Shown: positions 38,952 through 60,911 of the stretch, piece by piece
How positions within the stretch are numbered: position 1 is the first letter of the stretch
Layout: each line of letters starts with the position of its first letter
Origin: Eledone cirrhosa
Taxonomy: Eukaryota
Direction: 5' to 3'
Assembly (NCBI GenBank): GCA_964016885.1
Contig: OZ024740.1
Location: forward strand, 384,524,001 to 384,588,000
Length of the DNA: 64,000 nucleotides
Translations under genes and position numbers: made by a program
Notes under the pieces: generated by a model
What the model was told of the DNA's origin: nothing
Databases searched by the model: none
What the model saw: the letters and a program-made list of their open reading frames with translations, nothing else

Positions 38952-41818
38952 ACATCATTATCATCAGCATCTTCATCTTCATCATCAACATCTTCGTCAT
39001 CAAGAACAGCAATATTATACTCGTGGTATTTATTTATAACCTATTGAGGATAACATTTGTCTTCAATTCAGTCGAGATCAAATCAAGTAGATACCAGTCA
39101 GACATGTATTGGATTCAAGTAAAATCTGTACAGCAGCGAGTATTATTCATTGTGATATTTAATTGCATCACTTTTCTAATTTTGTTGCATCTCCTTTCTA
39201 ATATCTCATATGTCATACGTGCCTTTCATCCTTTAGTGGTCTTTAAAACGAGTATTAACCAGCCAAACACTTGAGTCGATCTAATAGGTTACACTCCCCA
39301 TCACACACACACACACACTCTCTCTCACTCACTCACGGACACACACACATGTTTGTGCATTTATTAAAATCTGTAATGTAGTAAGCTAAATAATTGCGGT
39401 ACTTTTTTGACCTTTTCGGATTTGATTAAATCTACACTCTTTTCAAAGAGCCTATTTTAGAAAACATTATTTCAAAAAGAATGATGATGGAGATGTCCTA
39501 ATGGAATAATAAATCTGCTCATTCTTTATTTCTGTTTTTATTGTGTTTTTATCAAGATGTTGGTAAAACAAGTAGCAGATTTTTAGAGGAATCGATATAT
39601 CAATGCTACTATAAATTCTTATCTGTACAGGAATTCTACTGATTTAACTGAAACAGGGGGGAGGGGGTGTAATCATACACATTTATATACGCAAATATAT
39701 ATATACATGTCTTATGTATGGATTTCATCGTAAATATGATATGGTTATATGTTTACATATATAAATGTGTTTACATACACATTTGTTGCAGTTTCGGTTA
39801 AATCTTGCAGTCTTGTTGACATATACGTATTTTTAACATACTTCAGCAGCTTAGTGCACACATTTGTATATATTTCATTCTAGTGTTTTTGTGATTAGTT
39901 AAGAGAAATTTTAAAAGATTTAATATAACATACATTATTAAATTATGTCCGGTAAGGCCTGTTTGTTGTATGACGGCAACAAGCCAAAATATACACGGAT
40001 ATACACGAACAACCTATATAGATATAGTAGTAGAGAGCATTGGCGTATTGCTTTTTTGTATGTTTAACTTGAATGAATGTTTCAAATCAAAGGAACGATA
40101 ATTAAACTCACAAATATATAAAGCGAAGTGGAATTATTTAAAGCTAAATTGGCGTGTGAAAAAACAAACTGGTGACAGGTTAGGCAGCAGATGACTATCA
40201 TAGCTTAAGAATCAAATCAGAGAAGTTATGAATCGGATTTAGTTCAAAGCTGGAAATACAAATGAAGTTTTTTGTATATTTGTACTACAATTTGCTTTAG
40301 AAAAAGTTTATATTGAGTTAATCGCCAAGAAAGGAAATAAATTTGAAGAAATAGATAAGCTAGGACCTTTATTTACTAAGGTGATTCAATTGAATTCTTT
40401 CATTTTGCAGCAATTCTTTTGATGAAACGCATACGATATCTGCAATGGAATTTTGGAAATAATTTTCAGTTTTTCTGCATTACAATGAGCAGGTGCTGCA
40501 CTGCATTTCCCTACACAGGGTGATGATTGCTTTATTCTTTCATATATATTGACTGAATACAAAAATAAATTAACATTCTAGTTACGAACTTCACAAGTGC
40601 CGAAGGCTACTATTTAAATTCGCTTTATAATTTTATTATGTAGCAATGAAGCTAGTGCATTGGGATGCTAAACAGACTACGTGATGTACAATATCAATTA
40701 TTTGTCTCGTGATTCTCAGTTCAATTCTGATCAGCATTGAACCGATGTCTATGAACTTAGTTTTAGTAATATTTGGGATTCGAAGGCAGTGAAGTGGTTG
40801 AAACGTTAGAAAGCTACACCAAATGACCTTCCGGTATTTGTTTCGTCCCCTGGATTTCTAACGTCAAGTAATGTAGTAGTTGATATCTTCTTTTTTCCTA
40901 AACATGTTACAAAAAATACTATAATCAATTCGATTGAAACAAGTATGCCATTCTCACAAGACATGTACTTGTACCAAAGCTAGAAACTAATACTATTCAG
41001 GTAAACTACTATAATGCATTGCTTGATATGTATTGCCTTTTGTAGCCATATAATTCAATCAATTATCAGCTTAGCATCTTAGAAATAAATTCAATGCTGT
41101 GATCTTTGGTGCCTTGTGTCTACAAACCAATAAGACTTTCATAGATGGCTTTGAGCATAGTTCTTACACGGCGGGACTAACCTGGATCCAAACCACAGCA
41201 ATATCTCGCTAAATGTTTCGACACCTACGTTTTGCTGATAGAATAAACCTATAATCAAAAGTATTCTACAATGAATACCCCATGTGTTTAGGACTTTCAT
41301 GAATATATGTATTACTCCCCTAAAAAATGTTGGCTGTAATTTATCCAAGATGTATCTGCTATTTCTCGAATTTACAAACATAGAAACTATTTCTGTTTTG
41401 TTTGAAGAAAATTTGGTTTGTGGTAAGCGGTAAAATTTAAAGATAATAACAGCCTTCATGTTTGTTAGTACATTTTACTAGCTAAAAAAATGTAGTGATT
41501 GAATTAAATATCATCCTTTAACATTTAGCATCATTGAAGCTGTACTTGTATTTCACATGAGAATAAGACCTTATTTCAAAAGTGACATTTCACTCAATGT
41601 GATATATTAATATACTTTTGTTTTAGAATTGCGAAGTGCCTGTAGCCTCTAAACAGATTTTTTTTTTTGTAATGAAATGTATTTTGTAATGAAAGGTATA
41701 TCTGTTTTCGGGAATGTTAAGATTTTGTTTCGAGTTAATATTTCGTTATCTAACTTAATATTTGTGAACATTCATGGCATATTATTCTTCCGATAAGATA
41801 TGTGTATATATTACACTT

Positions 41819-41903
<85 letters not shown>

Positions 41904-41914
41904 GTATATATATA

Positions 41915-42435
41915 ATAAATGTAATCTGAGTTTTTTTCGAATATTAATAATAACATTCGATTCGTTTGCAATTATGCAAACTACCCTTAATGTTATAGCC
42001 ATGTCTGTAGAATGAACACTTCATTATTGCTGTTATGTTGGCATGCGAACAGAACTGCAGACACTTATGTTTCTGGGTATCACCCTTCATCAGTACACCT
42101 CACTGTTAACGTGCCAAACTGTCAGAGCTAGGGAAAATATGTGCTATTTTCAAAAATACACAGTGACTGATCGGTCTGATTTGCATATTAGCAAACTGGC
42201 TGATCAGTCAGATCTGCATATTAGCAGTTCCACTGATCAGCCAGATTTGCATATCAGCAGACTGGCCAGTCAGTTTCCCGTATACGAGCGATAGAATGAA
42301 GTGTTCACTCTACTGACATGGCTATAAAATTGAGGCTTGTTTGCATAATTGCGAACGAATCGAGTATTATTTTTAATATTCGAAAATCTCAGACTACATT
42401 TATTGTATTCAGCCATGTAGAGCGAAATTTTCTTT
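41915..42435. mobile_element. Family I head-to-head element
   Basis: 41915-42015 is an inverted match to about 42305-42405; hammerhead and three 33-bp repeats inside. Confidence 0.8.
42056..42097 (-). ncRNA. Minimal hammerhead, family I (intact core)
   Basis: TGTA-CTGATGA-AGGGT(GAT)ACCCA-GAAA-CA(TAAG)TG-TC-TGCA. Confidence 0.85.
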
Positions 42436-43071
42436 TATATATATATGTATATATATATATATATAACATTTTGAATAGGAAGCCTCGTTGTGAAAAGAAG
42501 GAGGCAACACTCCCCCCTCCACATTCGTACACTAAACAGAAAGAAAAGATTGTCTTTACGCGTTTCAGAGATGTGTGTCTCCTTATCATGGTTCATAAAA
42601 ATAAAGGACCTTGATAACCTTTCTAGTCATGTCAAACTGGGTATAATCCAATTTGCATGACCAACGTAATAAATTACATAATATATATTTTTGTAGAACT
42701 CGACATATGTCAAATGGTATAAAATAATTCATTGAGGACATAAGTGCAGTCTTTTTTTTAATTGGAAGCTTGGTTGTGGAAGGAAAGAAATATTTTCCAA
42801 AAGATTATTGTCTCCTCATCTGAAGATAATTTTCCATATGTACACAGAACAAAAACAATAGATTATCCAAAAAATATGTATTCCATCATATTCTATTGAT
42901 TAAATCCACGCAGTTTTCGATTAGTCACTTAATATATATTTTAATAGCGTCTAGACATTCATTGCAGAAGATATAATCATGGTTTGCATTTCTAAGGGAG
43001 ATGATTATAAAATTACAAAACAAACAAAAAGTGAATCAACAAAAGCTCATCTACATGAAAACATTATTAAA

Positions 43072-43256
43072 GATTGGCAGTATCGGTAGAGGGTCGGACG
43101 CCATGCTTTCGAGCATAGTTACGTCCCTTTACGATCTGAGTTCAAATCCCGCCGAGGTTGACTTTGCCTTTCATCCTTACGGAGTCGATAAAATAAAGTA
43201 CCAGTAATGAACTGGGTAATTGCTGGCCTTGTGCCTAAAGTAGAAACAATTATTAA
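43072..43256 (+). mobile_element. tRNA-derived SINE copy
   Basis: Family match. Confidence 0.88.
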
Positions 43257-43934
43257 TATTAACTGTTTTCCAGACATACAGAGTGTCACCCAAAAATGTA
43301 TACATTTTTGGGGGACACCCTGTATATACGTTTTGCACAGGATGATGATATCTAATTTAGGCGCAAGGCCAACAATTGTGATGAAAAGAAATTCGTATAT
43401 AAATCCAGTACTTTACTGCTATTCTATTTTATAAAACTCGATGTTTACAAAACTCGATGATATTCTGCAAAGCATTTTTCCGATGCACTAATTTCTCTAC
43501 GAAATGCATCGCCCATATTTTACACATGTTAATGCAAACGCGAAGACATTATGTGTTGTCGTCTGTAAATATATGAAAACATTATGTGTTCTGGCAATTG
43601 AATAGTGTTACGTGTAACGGATTTTCTAACTATGATTTTGGCAAAATATCAAATCTCGATGTAATATTGACGGATACATTTTCATTGATATTTTCAGTGA
43701 GTGGGTGTGTGTCTATGCGTGTGTGTCTACGCATATTTCTGTGTGTAAGGGTTATAATGTGCACGTGTAGCCGGTCTCCCATGAGACTGCTTTTCATGGG
43801 CTTCCTTGCGTACTTTAATAACAGGGTTATCAGGTTTCTTTTCTCATTATTTTTCCAGTAACTGGATTTTGAATTTGAAATCTGAAATCACAGCCAAGAC
43901 CTGTATTTTCATCATCGAATTGCACTTGATAGGT

Positions 43935-44752
43935 TTAATGCCGAGTACTGAATGGCAAGAATGAAAATCAGTGCTGCGAAGACTGAGACACTCACCCGAT
44001 CAAAGAAACCTGCGGAGTGCGCTCTACATGTGGATGGTCTTCCACTGAAACAGGTGGAGATATTGATGTATCATGGGGCCATGTTGGCGAGTAATCTAAG
44101 ACAGGGGCTGAATTAAGTGCAAGAATTGCGGGATCTAATGCAGTAATGCGCTAAATTCAGCATTTGGCAATCCGAAGAGATGTAGGTGTAAAAGTCCAAC
44201 TTGCTGTCTTCAATTCTATGTTAGCATTAACTCTTACCTATGTTCATAAATCTTGGGTAATCACCGAAAGAAAACCATCGCGAATACAAGAGGCGAAAGT
44301 AGGGTTCTTTCGAAGGGTCTTTGGAATTACTTTACTCAATAAAGGGCGAGGCTCGGAGAGAGGAGAGTCGCTCCAGATAGAGACACCACTTATCCGAATA
44401 GAGCGATCACAGTTCCTATACTATGGGCATGTGTGTAGAATGTCTCAGGAAAGAATCGTTAGACAGATTTGAGGGGCAACACTAACTGGCAGGAGTCCCA
44501 GGGGGAGACCCCAGCAAAATGATTGTATAACATCCATGAGCTCGGCTGGTCACAATTTGGTATTCAGCTGGATCACTTGGAAACGGTTGCTTCTGACATG
44601 AACTGCTGGGAGGAGTGATTGAGGACTTCTCACACGCGGGCTTCTCAGGATTAATTGGGCAAGAAGAAGAAGAAGGAGAAGAAGAAGAAGAAGAAGAAGA
44701 AGAAGAAGAAGAAGAAGAAGAAGAAGAAGAAGAAGAAGAAGAAGAAGAAGAA
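43935..44752 (+). mobile_element. 3' fragment of an RTE-clade LINE with (GAA)n tail
   Basis: MKISAAKTE, LTYVHKSWV..SRIQEAKVGFFRRVFGIT..IERSQFLYYGHVCRM, GRSPRGRP; (GAA)n at 44661-44752. Confidence 0.85.
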
Positions 44753-47223
44753 CTGGATCTCAGGATGGACCTCCGTATGTTTTGACTTTAGAGCGCGGGG
44801 AGACTAGAATTTATTGCAATTTCAAGCCAGTATCTGTATAGAAACATTTAGAAATATCTCTGTTCGCAAACACCCATACACGGGGACATACAGAGAGATA
44901 TATAAACAGCTAGACTAAATGATACTGACCACATAAAGAGAAAGAAAGACAGCGAGAGAGGGAGAGGGGGGGAGAGAAATGTAGGCTTTTTGAGTGTTTG
45001 GAAATATTTTACTATTTTTGTATATTTAGTCCACTCCTATTTTTTCCTATCTCCTTAACTTCAATGGATACATAAATCTTACTGTTCCCATATTCGTTCT
45101 TGCTCACTTAGTCCATATATATTCTAACAGAGACCATTTATCCCGCCCTCATGAATCTCCTCTTTTCATTTCCTTCTTGTCAGCAGTGCAGTTCCGTTCA
45201 TGACATAAATATCTGTGACGTTATCACTCTAAATGTCGTTGCAGTAATTTATACGAGGTTTGACTCCAGTAAAGCCATCACTACTTTGTATCCAACCAAC
45301 ACCACCAACGAATCTGGTAGCATCATCGTAGCATATCTACCAACTTTAGGATCCATGAATAGAACATCTGCGTTTATGTTTGACCTGCTAGGAATAGCAG
45401 CCAAATCTCTCTGAAAAACACAATCTTATATTTTAGAAAAGGACACATCGGATAAAGTGCTCATAGTTAAGAGAAGTTGATCCCAACTGAAGTACCTGTA
45501 ATCATAGATCTGTTCAATCAAGGCTGACTTAAGGCTAAACAGAAATAATAATCAATTTCACGACTACCAGTACAATCATCACTATCTACAAGTAAACGAT
45601 TACCAATACAAATATTGATGTCATACCTAAACTCGATCTCAACGACAGATTTTAAGATAAGAATATATCAATCCCAGTATTTGAATGATAATTATTGTTA
45701 TCAACATTTGAAGGAGGTACGACAAAGTTGACCATAGTGAGATTTGAACTGAGAACGTAAGACATTGAAACAAATACCGGAAGGTATTTTATCCAATGTC
45801 CTTACGATGCAGCCGGAGACCTGGACGCTGCTAAAGCCATCTACATGGCAGATGGTGATGTTAACCTGGCTGATGGATTAAAATGTATCTGGAAGATTAT
45901 AGCCCGATTAGAGATGAAAAGGTAAAGAGAAGGAATAAGTGCCGTGAGGTATCTTGACTGACAGTCAAACAATTCCCCCAATCCATCTCACTTGACAGCT
46001 ACTTATTTTAGCAATCCCGAAAGGACGAAAGTCAAAGTTGACCTCCACTGAATTGAAACTCTGAGTTGAGAGACCCAGGACATACAACACAAAATTCTAG
46101 TAAGTTTGCAAATCGACTGCCTGGATATAATGCTAAACTGGGGTAGTCTGTACAACAACAAACTAGATCAATATTGATTTCAAGCTAAAAAACAACAATA
46201 CTTAAAAGAATGAAAGACTTACTGGAGAATGGATGTTTTAGGCAAACTGTAGCTAGTTAAAGGTGTGATGGTTCCGATTAATATTGTTGTTTTGTATTTT
46301 GCTTTGTTTTTTACCGCAGATTAGAATAGACAGAGCTAACCCTTGACTAAACACCAACTTACGAATAATAGTTAGCTTGTAGTAACAAGCACCTACAAAA
46401 TCAACTCTATCAGCAACATCATGTTCAACACCATTAGCAACGGTATTATGGTCATTATGACGTCCAACATCATTATCAACAACATCAATACAAACCACAC
46501 AACCTCCATCATCACATATGACAGACACGTGCAGAAATTTAATTTAATATTTCTAAAGCTGCGGGAATATCCGTGTTATGTTTCCTGTTAATCGCCATTG
46601 ACCGAATCTAACCAGATTGACTTCAGGTGTTAAACGCGGATATGGCGGAGAGTAGGACTTGGGCTTCATTGGGTGTGATATCTAATCCCCAATTAGTATT
46701 GAATTTGTAATTTTCAGGTTGCTGATGGCGTGTTGTTATTTCTTTACTACAGGCATGGATGAATGGGTAAGGATTTTGCTTCGCAATCTTTTGGTTTTGG
46801 ATTCAATTTCACTGCGTCATCTTAGGCATGTGTCTTTACCAAAGTCTCCTAATGATGCAAACCTTGCTGATTAAATTGAGTAAATGCAAACAATGTGGAA
46901 GCAACTCATGATTGTCTTAATGTTGAGTTGATTCTTTCTATTATTATCATTATATATACATTATACTTTTGATTCTCAACTAGATATTTGAAAGAGAATT
47001 ATTTTGTTTATCTTGTTGATTTGTATAAGGTTCTGTACTGAATGCTCATTGAACTTCTTCCTTTATCCATTATATATGTATATAGTTAACCTTATTATTA
47101 TTATTATATATATAATAATAATAAATGTGAAGACTAAAATCCGAAAAGGTCTCGATAAAAATCATAGAGCAAATATTTATTAATAGAGAGATGCGAGAAA
47201 ACCACAAAACCTCCACCTCAATT

Positions 47224-47265
47224 CTACTTTTGAAAAGCTCAAGAACTGCGAAACCGGTAAAGGAG
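47224..47265 (+). ncRNA. U3-A8 minimal hammerhead candidate related to family B
   Basis: CTACTT-TTGAAAA-GC..GC-GAAA-CCGG-TA-AAGGAG. Confidence 0.65.
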
Positions 47266-47319
47266 CTAAATAAATATTCTTAAAAAGACTCCAGTTGCAT
47301 TTTCGATTTCATCTTCTTT

Positions 47320-47361
<42 letters not shown>

Positions 47362-47776
47362 TAATGAATGAAAAGTATAGAAATTATTATTATATATATA
47401 TAGGGAAAGAGTCAGGAACCGAACGGCTGAGCTCCAGCCGTTTCGACAATATATATATTGAAACCTCGAGTCCTCAATATATATATTCTTCAGGACTCAA
47501 ACATAAATATATATATATCAGATATTGAGTTAGAAACTCAAAATAGTCTCATACAATTAAATATCTCAAAGAAAGAAGTTTTTCTAAGCCCTGTATTATA
47601 ATTGAATATACAAGAGAGATAAATACAAATATAAACATACATGTGTTCGAATTGTAAGAGAGCAAGTTCACTAGGGTGAAAAAATACTAACTATAACAAT
47701 ATGGTTTGCCAGTCTCAATTTAAAGTAATAAATCAAGAAAAAGAAGAACAAACCTATATTGGGCAACTGCCTGAAA

Positions 47777-47853
47777 CACCCAGACAGCTTTGGTAGCTGT
47801 TTCGAAATTTATTCAGCGAGGGAAATTACCAAGTTTCTGCTCTTCAGTGCGTG
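47777..47853 (-). ncRNA. Type I hammerhead, family J
   Basis: CACGCA-CTGAAGA-GCAG..TTTC-GAAA-CAGCT(ACCAA)AGCTG-TC-TGGGTG. Confidence 0.85.
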
Positions 47854-48197
47854 TAAAAATTAGTAATCCCTCCGCTTCTAAGTATATCAGAAGACTGAAT
47901 AGTGTGCGAATATAAAATAACGCACATGGCATCAGAACCTAGCGTGTAAACATACCCTAAAAATAGCAGCCGGGTTTATATGACATTTAAATTAGCTCGG
48001 CAAGAAGGAGCCGACAATATCAGATATTGAGTTAGAAACTCAAAATAGTCTCAATCAATTAAATAAACCCGGCTGCCATTTTTAGCAACGTATGTTTATG
48101 AGACACGCTAGGTTCTGATGCCATGTAGGTTATTTCATATTCGCACACTATTCAGTACCCTGATATACTTAGAAGTGGGGAGGATTACTAATTTTTA

Positions 48198-48274
48198 CAC
48201 CCACTGAAGAGCAGGACCTTGGTAATTTCCTTCGCTAAATAAATTGCGAAACAGCTACCAAAGCTGCCTGGGTG
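48198..48274 (+). ncRNA. Type I hammerhead, family J (U16.1C)
   Basis: CACCCA-CTGAAGA-GCAG..TTGC-GAAA-CAGCT(ACCAA)AGCTG-CC-TGGGTG. Confidence 0.8.
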
Positions 48275-48446
48275 TTTCAGGCAGTTGCCCAATATAGGTT
48301 TTTTTCTTCTTTTTCTTGATGTATTACTTTAAATTGAGTCGGGCAACCGTATTGTTATAGTTAGTATTTTTTTCACCCTAGTGAACCTGGTCCCTTACAG
48401 TTCGAACACATATGTTTATATTTGTGTTTATCTCTCTTCTATATTC

Positions 48447-48815
<369 letters not shown>

Positions 48816-48975
48816 TATATATGGGCTTTCCTGATGATCTCTTCCGAATTAAGTACTTTTAGTCCTGCAGATGCCATTTCTACATTAAATAGTTTTGCTC
48901 TGCTATGTAATAAGCACCTTACTTACTGTGGGTATCCCCGATTGAATCTAATCTGGTATAAATATATATATATAT

Positions 48976-49126
48976 ATAACGAAGGAGTTGCGGTAAGGGA
49001 CCAGATGGATCATAACGCACCAGAGTACTCAATACTTAGGGTAGTAGAGTTGGTAATAGGAAAAAGTATGACCCCGAAGACTATAGCCGTCGAAACGGCT
49101 TGAGCTCTGCCGCCGGGGTCATACAT

Positions 49127-49131
<5 letters not shown>
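48976..49131. mobile_element. Second family D pLTR fold-back
   Basis: Minus arm 48976-49077 and plus arm 49084-49131. Confidence 0.8.
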
Positions 49132-49164
<33 letters not shown>

Positions 49165-50019
49165 GTATTTCCCATTCCTTAAGATAAATTGTAAACAAGC
49201 GATAATATTTAAGAAGTGTAAGTAGAGAACGCTCGTGTTGTCTTAACGAGAAAAGAATAAAAAGCAACGAATTTATTGCTTTCCCTTTCTATTCAATCTG
49301 AAACAATTGATTAGGAGGTAAGAGAGGGATAGTAATAGAAAAGCAACTTGTTTTTTCTTACTTTCCAGTTATAATGAGAAAAGGCATTTATGTTAAATTC
49401 TTTACTATGTTAGTCCTTTTTTTTTTTTCCTATTGAGCCGGGAGCATGGAATATAAAATAATTTAGTGGGAAGTAAAATAGATATAGGCAAAGAAAAGCA
49501 GAATTTTTCGCTTGCCTACCAGCTGAATCGAGGTAATGATTTTTGTTATTATCCCGTTTGGCTGAGTTCAAAGACTTACATTTTCAGATAGATTTAGACG
49601 AGAAAAGTGTATTTAGTCAATTTGCAATTTGCTTTACTGCTGATTCTAGTTTATCTGGTACAATTATTCATTACCATATAGTATATACAGAACGTTTGGC
49701 GATCCTAATGTCACATCAAATGTTCCCTTTTTACTGCTTTTAAAATCCGGATTCACTCCTGTGACCACTACCCAGAATATTTTGTTGACCAGTTCAAACT
49801 TAGAGTGAAAAGAAGTAGCCGGAAAAGTATATTTTTTTCTGATTAAAATTGTAAAATTTTTATCTATTTATCAATTCCAATTCTTAAAAATTTAATTTTA
49901 GATATTTAAAATTATTTCAATACTACGTAAATAAGTAAACTAACACCTAATTTGTTCATTCGAATAAAACGTCGATTCATTAAATAAATTATACCCCAGT
50001 AATATTTTTCACATTTTTA

Positions 50020-51110
50020 TTCACCCACATGATAGCAAAAGAGCGAATTAGGTCAGTTTCTTCTCTACTTTCGCGATTGTTTGCAACAAGAAGCTTTGAA
50101 GATAATAATAATATCATTATTGAAAGAAAGAAAGCAAAGCTTGAACTGAAAATCAAAACCAAAGAGGGCAGAAAGGGACGTTATCGGTATTTTGATTCCA
50201 AGCATTATGAACAGTATTAGTGAATGACGGAATGCCCTATTCTGAACAAATTGTTCTTTTTCTCATGTTTATTATTTTGTCAACATAAGAAGATATACAA
50301 CGCTACTTATTGCATAATAGATCAGACGATAAAAATCGTGATATATTGAAAAGGTTAATTCATTGTATTGAAAGTTTTGCCTGTCAAGAATTATCATTTC
50401 GAAGACACAATGTAACAGCAGGATCGAACAGTAAGGGTAATCTTCTGGCTATATTTGAAGCAGTAGCGGAATACGATTATTGTTTACGATCGCATTTGGA
50501 ATTCATGAAGATAAATGCTAACACATTTTCTTGACTTTCAAGTGATATTAAAAAGATGAAATTAAGGCAATGATCGAAGAAGCACAATGTGTTGTAATGT
50601 TTGATGAGTCTACGGATTTTCGAATGAAATCTCCATTGTCACGCGCTTTACCATTTGTTGATGAAAATGCAAAGCCTCATAAATTATTTTGGAGAAACGT
50701 CGATGTCATCAAAGATAGAAAAACTACATTACTGACAGTGGCTAAATATTTATCGCAAAAGCGTATGAGCGGGATGGCTGGGCATTTTAATGGAGTACAA
50801 GTAAGAATAAAGGAGATTCTTTGTTTGAACTTCATATTTGTACATTGTTAAACACATTCAATTGATTTGGAACTCTCTCAATCAACTTCAAATATTCATC
50901 AATGTCGAATTTTCTTCCAAACTTTAAAAGGAATTTGAACTAGTTTTCTCAAAGTCGACGGCTCGAATTGCACTACTGGATGGAATTGTTGGAAGGCGAT
51001 ATATATAGTTACTGGAGGCACGTTCGAATTATTCATCTCGACCCGTATCCATTTTATCTGACAGAATTAGTATTTCCCGAGCTTTTCTAAACTATATTAG
51101 AAAATCCAGA
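50020..51110 (+). pseudogene. Degenerate hAT-family transposase (DUF4371/ZMYM1-like)
   Basis: LIHCI..FACQELSFRRH..SKGNLLAI, VMFDESTD, MAGHFNGVQ.RIKE..FIFVHC. Confidence 0.85.
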
Positions 51111-51199
51111 GGATTAGGGTAATTCAGAATTGCCATACATTAAATATACATTTATTTTTCCTAATTATGTGCTTAGTTTACTCTACCTTGTTTTGCTCC

Positions 51200-52380
51200 C
51201 TTTAAGATAAAAAGAAGCTTCTTACTCCGCTCACATTTTTCAGCCAGCTTCAGCATCCAGTCGTTTGTTGTTTTGAGATACTTGACCAGTCCAATTGATG
51301 TGGCTTTCAAACCCCATCCGGATGTCATTACTGAATGTTTTTACAGTACGAAAAAGGCATTCGAGCTCATCATTGTCTTTGCCATATAGTTTTATAAACG
51401 AACTTTATCAATTTAACAATCGTAACATATTCTGTTAAGTTCGATTGTAAGTGGTATTTGAGCTATGCAAAAAAAACATAGAGGTCACTTTGAAAAATGT
51501 CACAGTTGATGCTAATAGTGTTTGAACTTAAAAACTCTACTGCAATGATTTAATTTGAGTTTCGTGTGACATATGACGTTTCAGAAGGTCTGAAATTACA
51601 GGAGGAATTTTGACGATGTCCAGTAATTTCAGAATTCACGAATGCGATATGCGGTCAAAAGTATTTCTGTTATCAACAATCCATGCTGAACTGAGATTTC
51701 TGCGCTTGTTATGACGGTTCTCAATGATCACACGTTTAATTTAAAGTTGATCTTTACATCCATATGAACCTTCGTAGAGAAACTATTGTTCACCTCCAGA
51801 GAATAGCTGTTGTAATATTGAAATTTGTGTATAAACAGTTATGTGCCAATAGATTTTGGATCTTTGGCTTCATTACTCTGTGGGAGTATGTAAGTAATAC
51901 CAGTTACTATTCAGTCATTTTTTTTTTTCAGGATGTTTCATAATTTCATTGAACACCTGGATTTACTTTATTCTGTGTACATGAGAGTGTTGAAATCCAG
52001 AAATTAGGCACTCTATATTTATAAGGATATTTACACTCATGACCCTTTGTAAGTGCCATCCTTAGGTCTGCTATTGAGATATCTGTCTATGCTTGTTCTG
52101 GCAAATGTGTATGATTCTTCTGTGTGTCTAATGCAATTTACATTTTAAGCGTATGTCATCCTCACATCAACTCTTTCTTCAAAGGTTTTCAACTTCTTCT
52201 ATGGAAGTTTGGTATTCAAAATTCTTTACTCTTTCCTTAATTCTTTGTAAAATCATTTGACATTGGTTGTGGAAAATAAAATTTGCTTTTAAACATAGTT
52301 TTTCTTCTCAAATCAAAGTACTCTTCCAGATTTTACTTGGATCGTCTAGTTTCTCGGAAACATCGGTAATGGAACAATTA
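51200..52380 (-). pseudogene. Old R4/Dong-type LINE RT fragment
   Basis: Manual translation: TGITYILPQSNEAKDPK, GSYGCKDQL, IIENRHNKRRNLSSAWI, TFDRISHS. Confidence 0.75.
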
Positions 52381-52404
52381 TATTGTGTTGTTTATTATAT
52401 ATAT

Positions 52405-52860
52405 ACTGGGATATACTAAAAAATGTTTAGGGTAATTTACTGCCTAACATCGTGCAGTTACTCCTCTAGTGGATTATGCCCCTTTCACCGGCGCCATTGT
52501 TGTTATTTTTTCCGCCTACCATGCAAAGGGGACGTAACATTGAGGGAATTATTCTCAACGGTATTAATAGTTATTGGTGACATTATATAATCAATTAATT
52601 CTCTGAGGAATCCGTGTGGGCGAAACATGTGTAAGAGTTATATAAAGAACTTGTTTTAACGGCTGGTAACTCCTTCATTCATTCATTTGCTTAATCCTTC
52701 TCTGCTTGTACAATATACTAAATATTAAATCTTCTCTAATATTTAACTCTGCTAACCCAAGCATTGAGCACAGTCTGATTCGGTTATTGGCATTTAGTAA
52801 TCTGTATCGTACTTCTCTGTATCTCACTGTATCCTTCTCTCCTACGATACTTATACCTTA
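52405..52860 (+). mobile_element. pLTR of the PLE family at 57365-59127 (family K)
   Basis: 52405-52484 is the reverse complement of 57365-57445; contains a hammerhead. Confidence 0.7.
52597..52639 (+). ncRNA. Minimal hammerhead, family K
   Basis: AATTCT-CTGAGGA-ATCC(GTGT)GGGC-GAAA-CATGTG-TA-AGAGTT. Confidence 0.8.
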
Positions 52861-52873
52861 TTATTATTATTAT

Positions 52874-53640
52874 AAGGGCGGTGGATTGGCAGTATCGGTA
52901 TAGGGTCGGACGCCATGCTTTCCAGCATAGTTACATCCCTTAACGATCTGAGTTCAAATCCCGCCGAGGTTGACTTTGCCTTTCATCCTTACGGGGTCGA
53001 TAAAATAAAGTACCAGTAATGCACTGGGTATTTGCTGGCCTTGTGCCTAAAGTAGAAACAATTATTATTATAAGGGCGGTGGATTGGCAGTATCGGTAAA
53101 GGTCGGACGCCATGCCTTGAAACATAGAGTTACCTCCCTTTATGATCTGAGTTCAAATCCCGCCGAGGTTAACTTTGCCTTTCATCCTTACGGGGTCGAT
53201 AAAATAAAGTACCAGTAATGCACTGGAATAATTGCTGGCCTTGTGCCAAAAGTAGAAACAATTATAATTATAAGGGCGGTGAATTGGCAGTATCGGTAGA
53301 GTGTCTAGCACCATGCTTTGACGCATAGAGTTACAGCCCTTGCCATTCTGAGTTCAAATCCCGCCGAGGTTAACTTTGCCTTTCATCCTTACGGAGTCGA
53401 TAAAATAAGGTACCAGTAATGTACTGCGTAATTGCTGGCCTTGTGCCAATGGTAGAAACAATTATTATTATTATTATTATTATGCTTTGACGCATAGAGT
53501 TACGGCGCTTGAAATTTTGAGTTCAAATCCCGCCGAGGTTAATTTTGCCTTTCATCCTCACGGGGTCGATAAAATAAAGTACTAATAATACACTGGGATA
53601 ATTTCTGGCCCTGTGCCAAAAGTAGAAACAATTATTATTA
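52874..53640 (+). mobile_element. Head-to-tail array of four SINE copies (fourth 5'-truncated) joined by (ATT)n
   Basis: Units start near 52874, 53071, 53272 and 53483. Confidence 0.92.
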
Positions 53641-53647
53641 ATATTAT

Positions 53648-59127
<5,480 letters not shown>

Positions 59128-59135
59128 ATATATAA

Positions 59136-60579
<1,444 letters not shown>

Positions 60580-60594
60580 ATATATATATATATA

Positions 60595-60744
<150 letters not shown>

Positions 60745-60750
60745 CATTTA

Positions 60751-60911
<161 letters not shown>

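Noticed and set aside
52874-53640. CRISPR-like or tRNA gene array
   Set aside because: Units are about 195-bp SINEs with no unique spacers and no complete cloverleaf.
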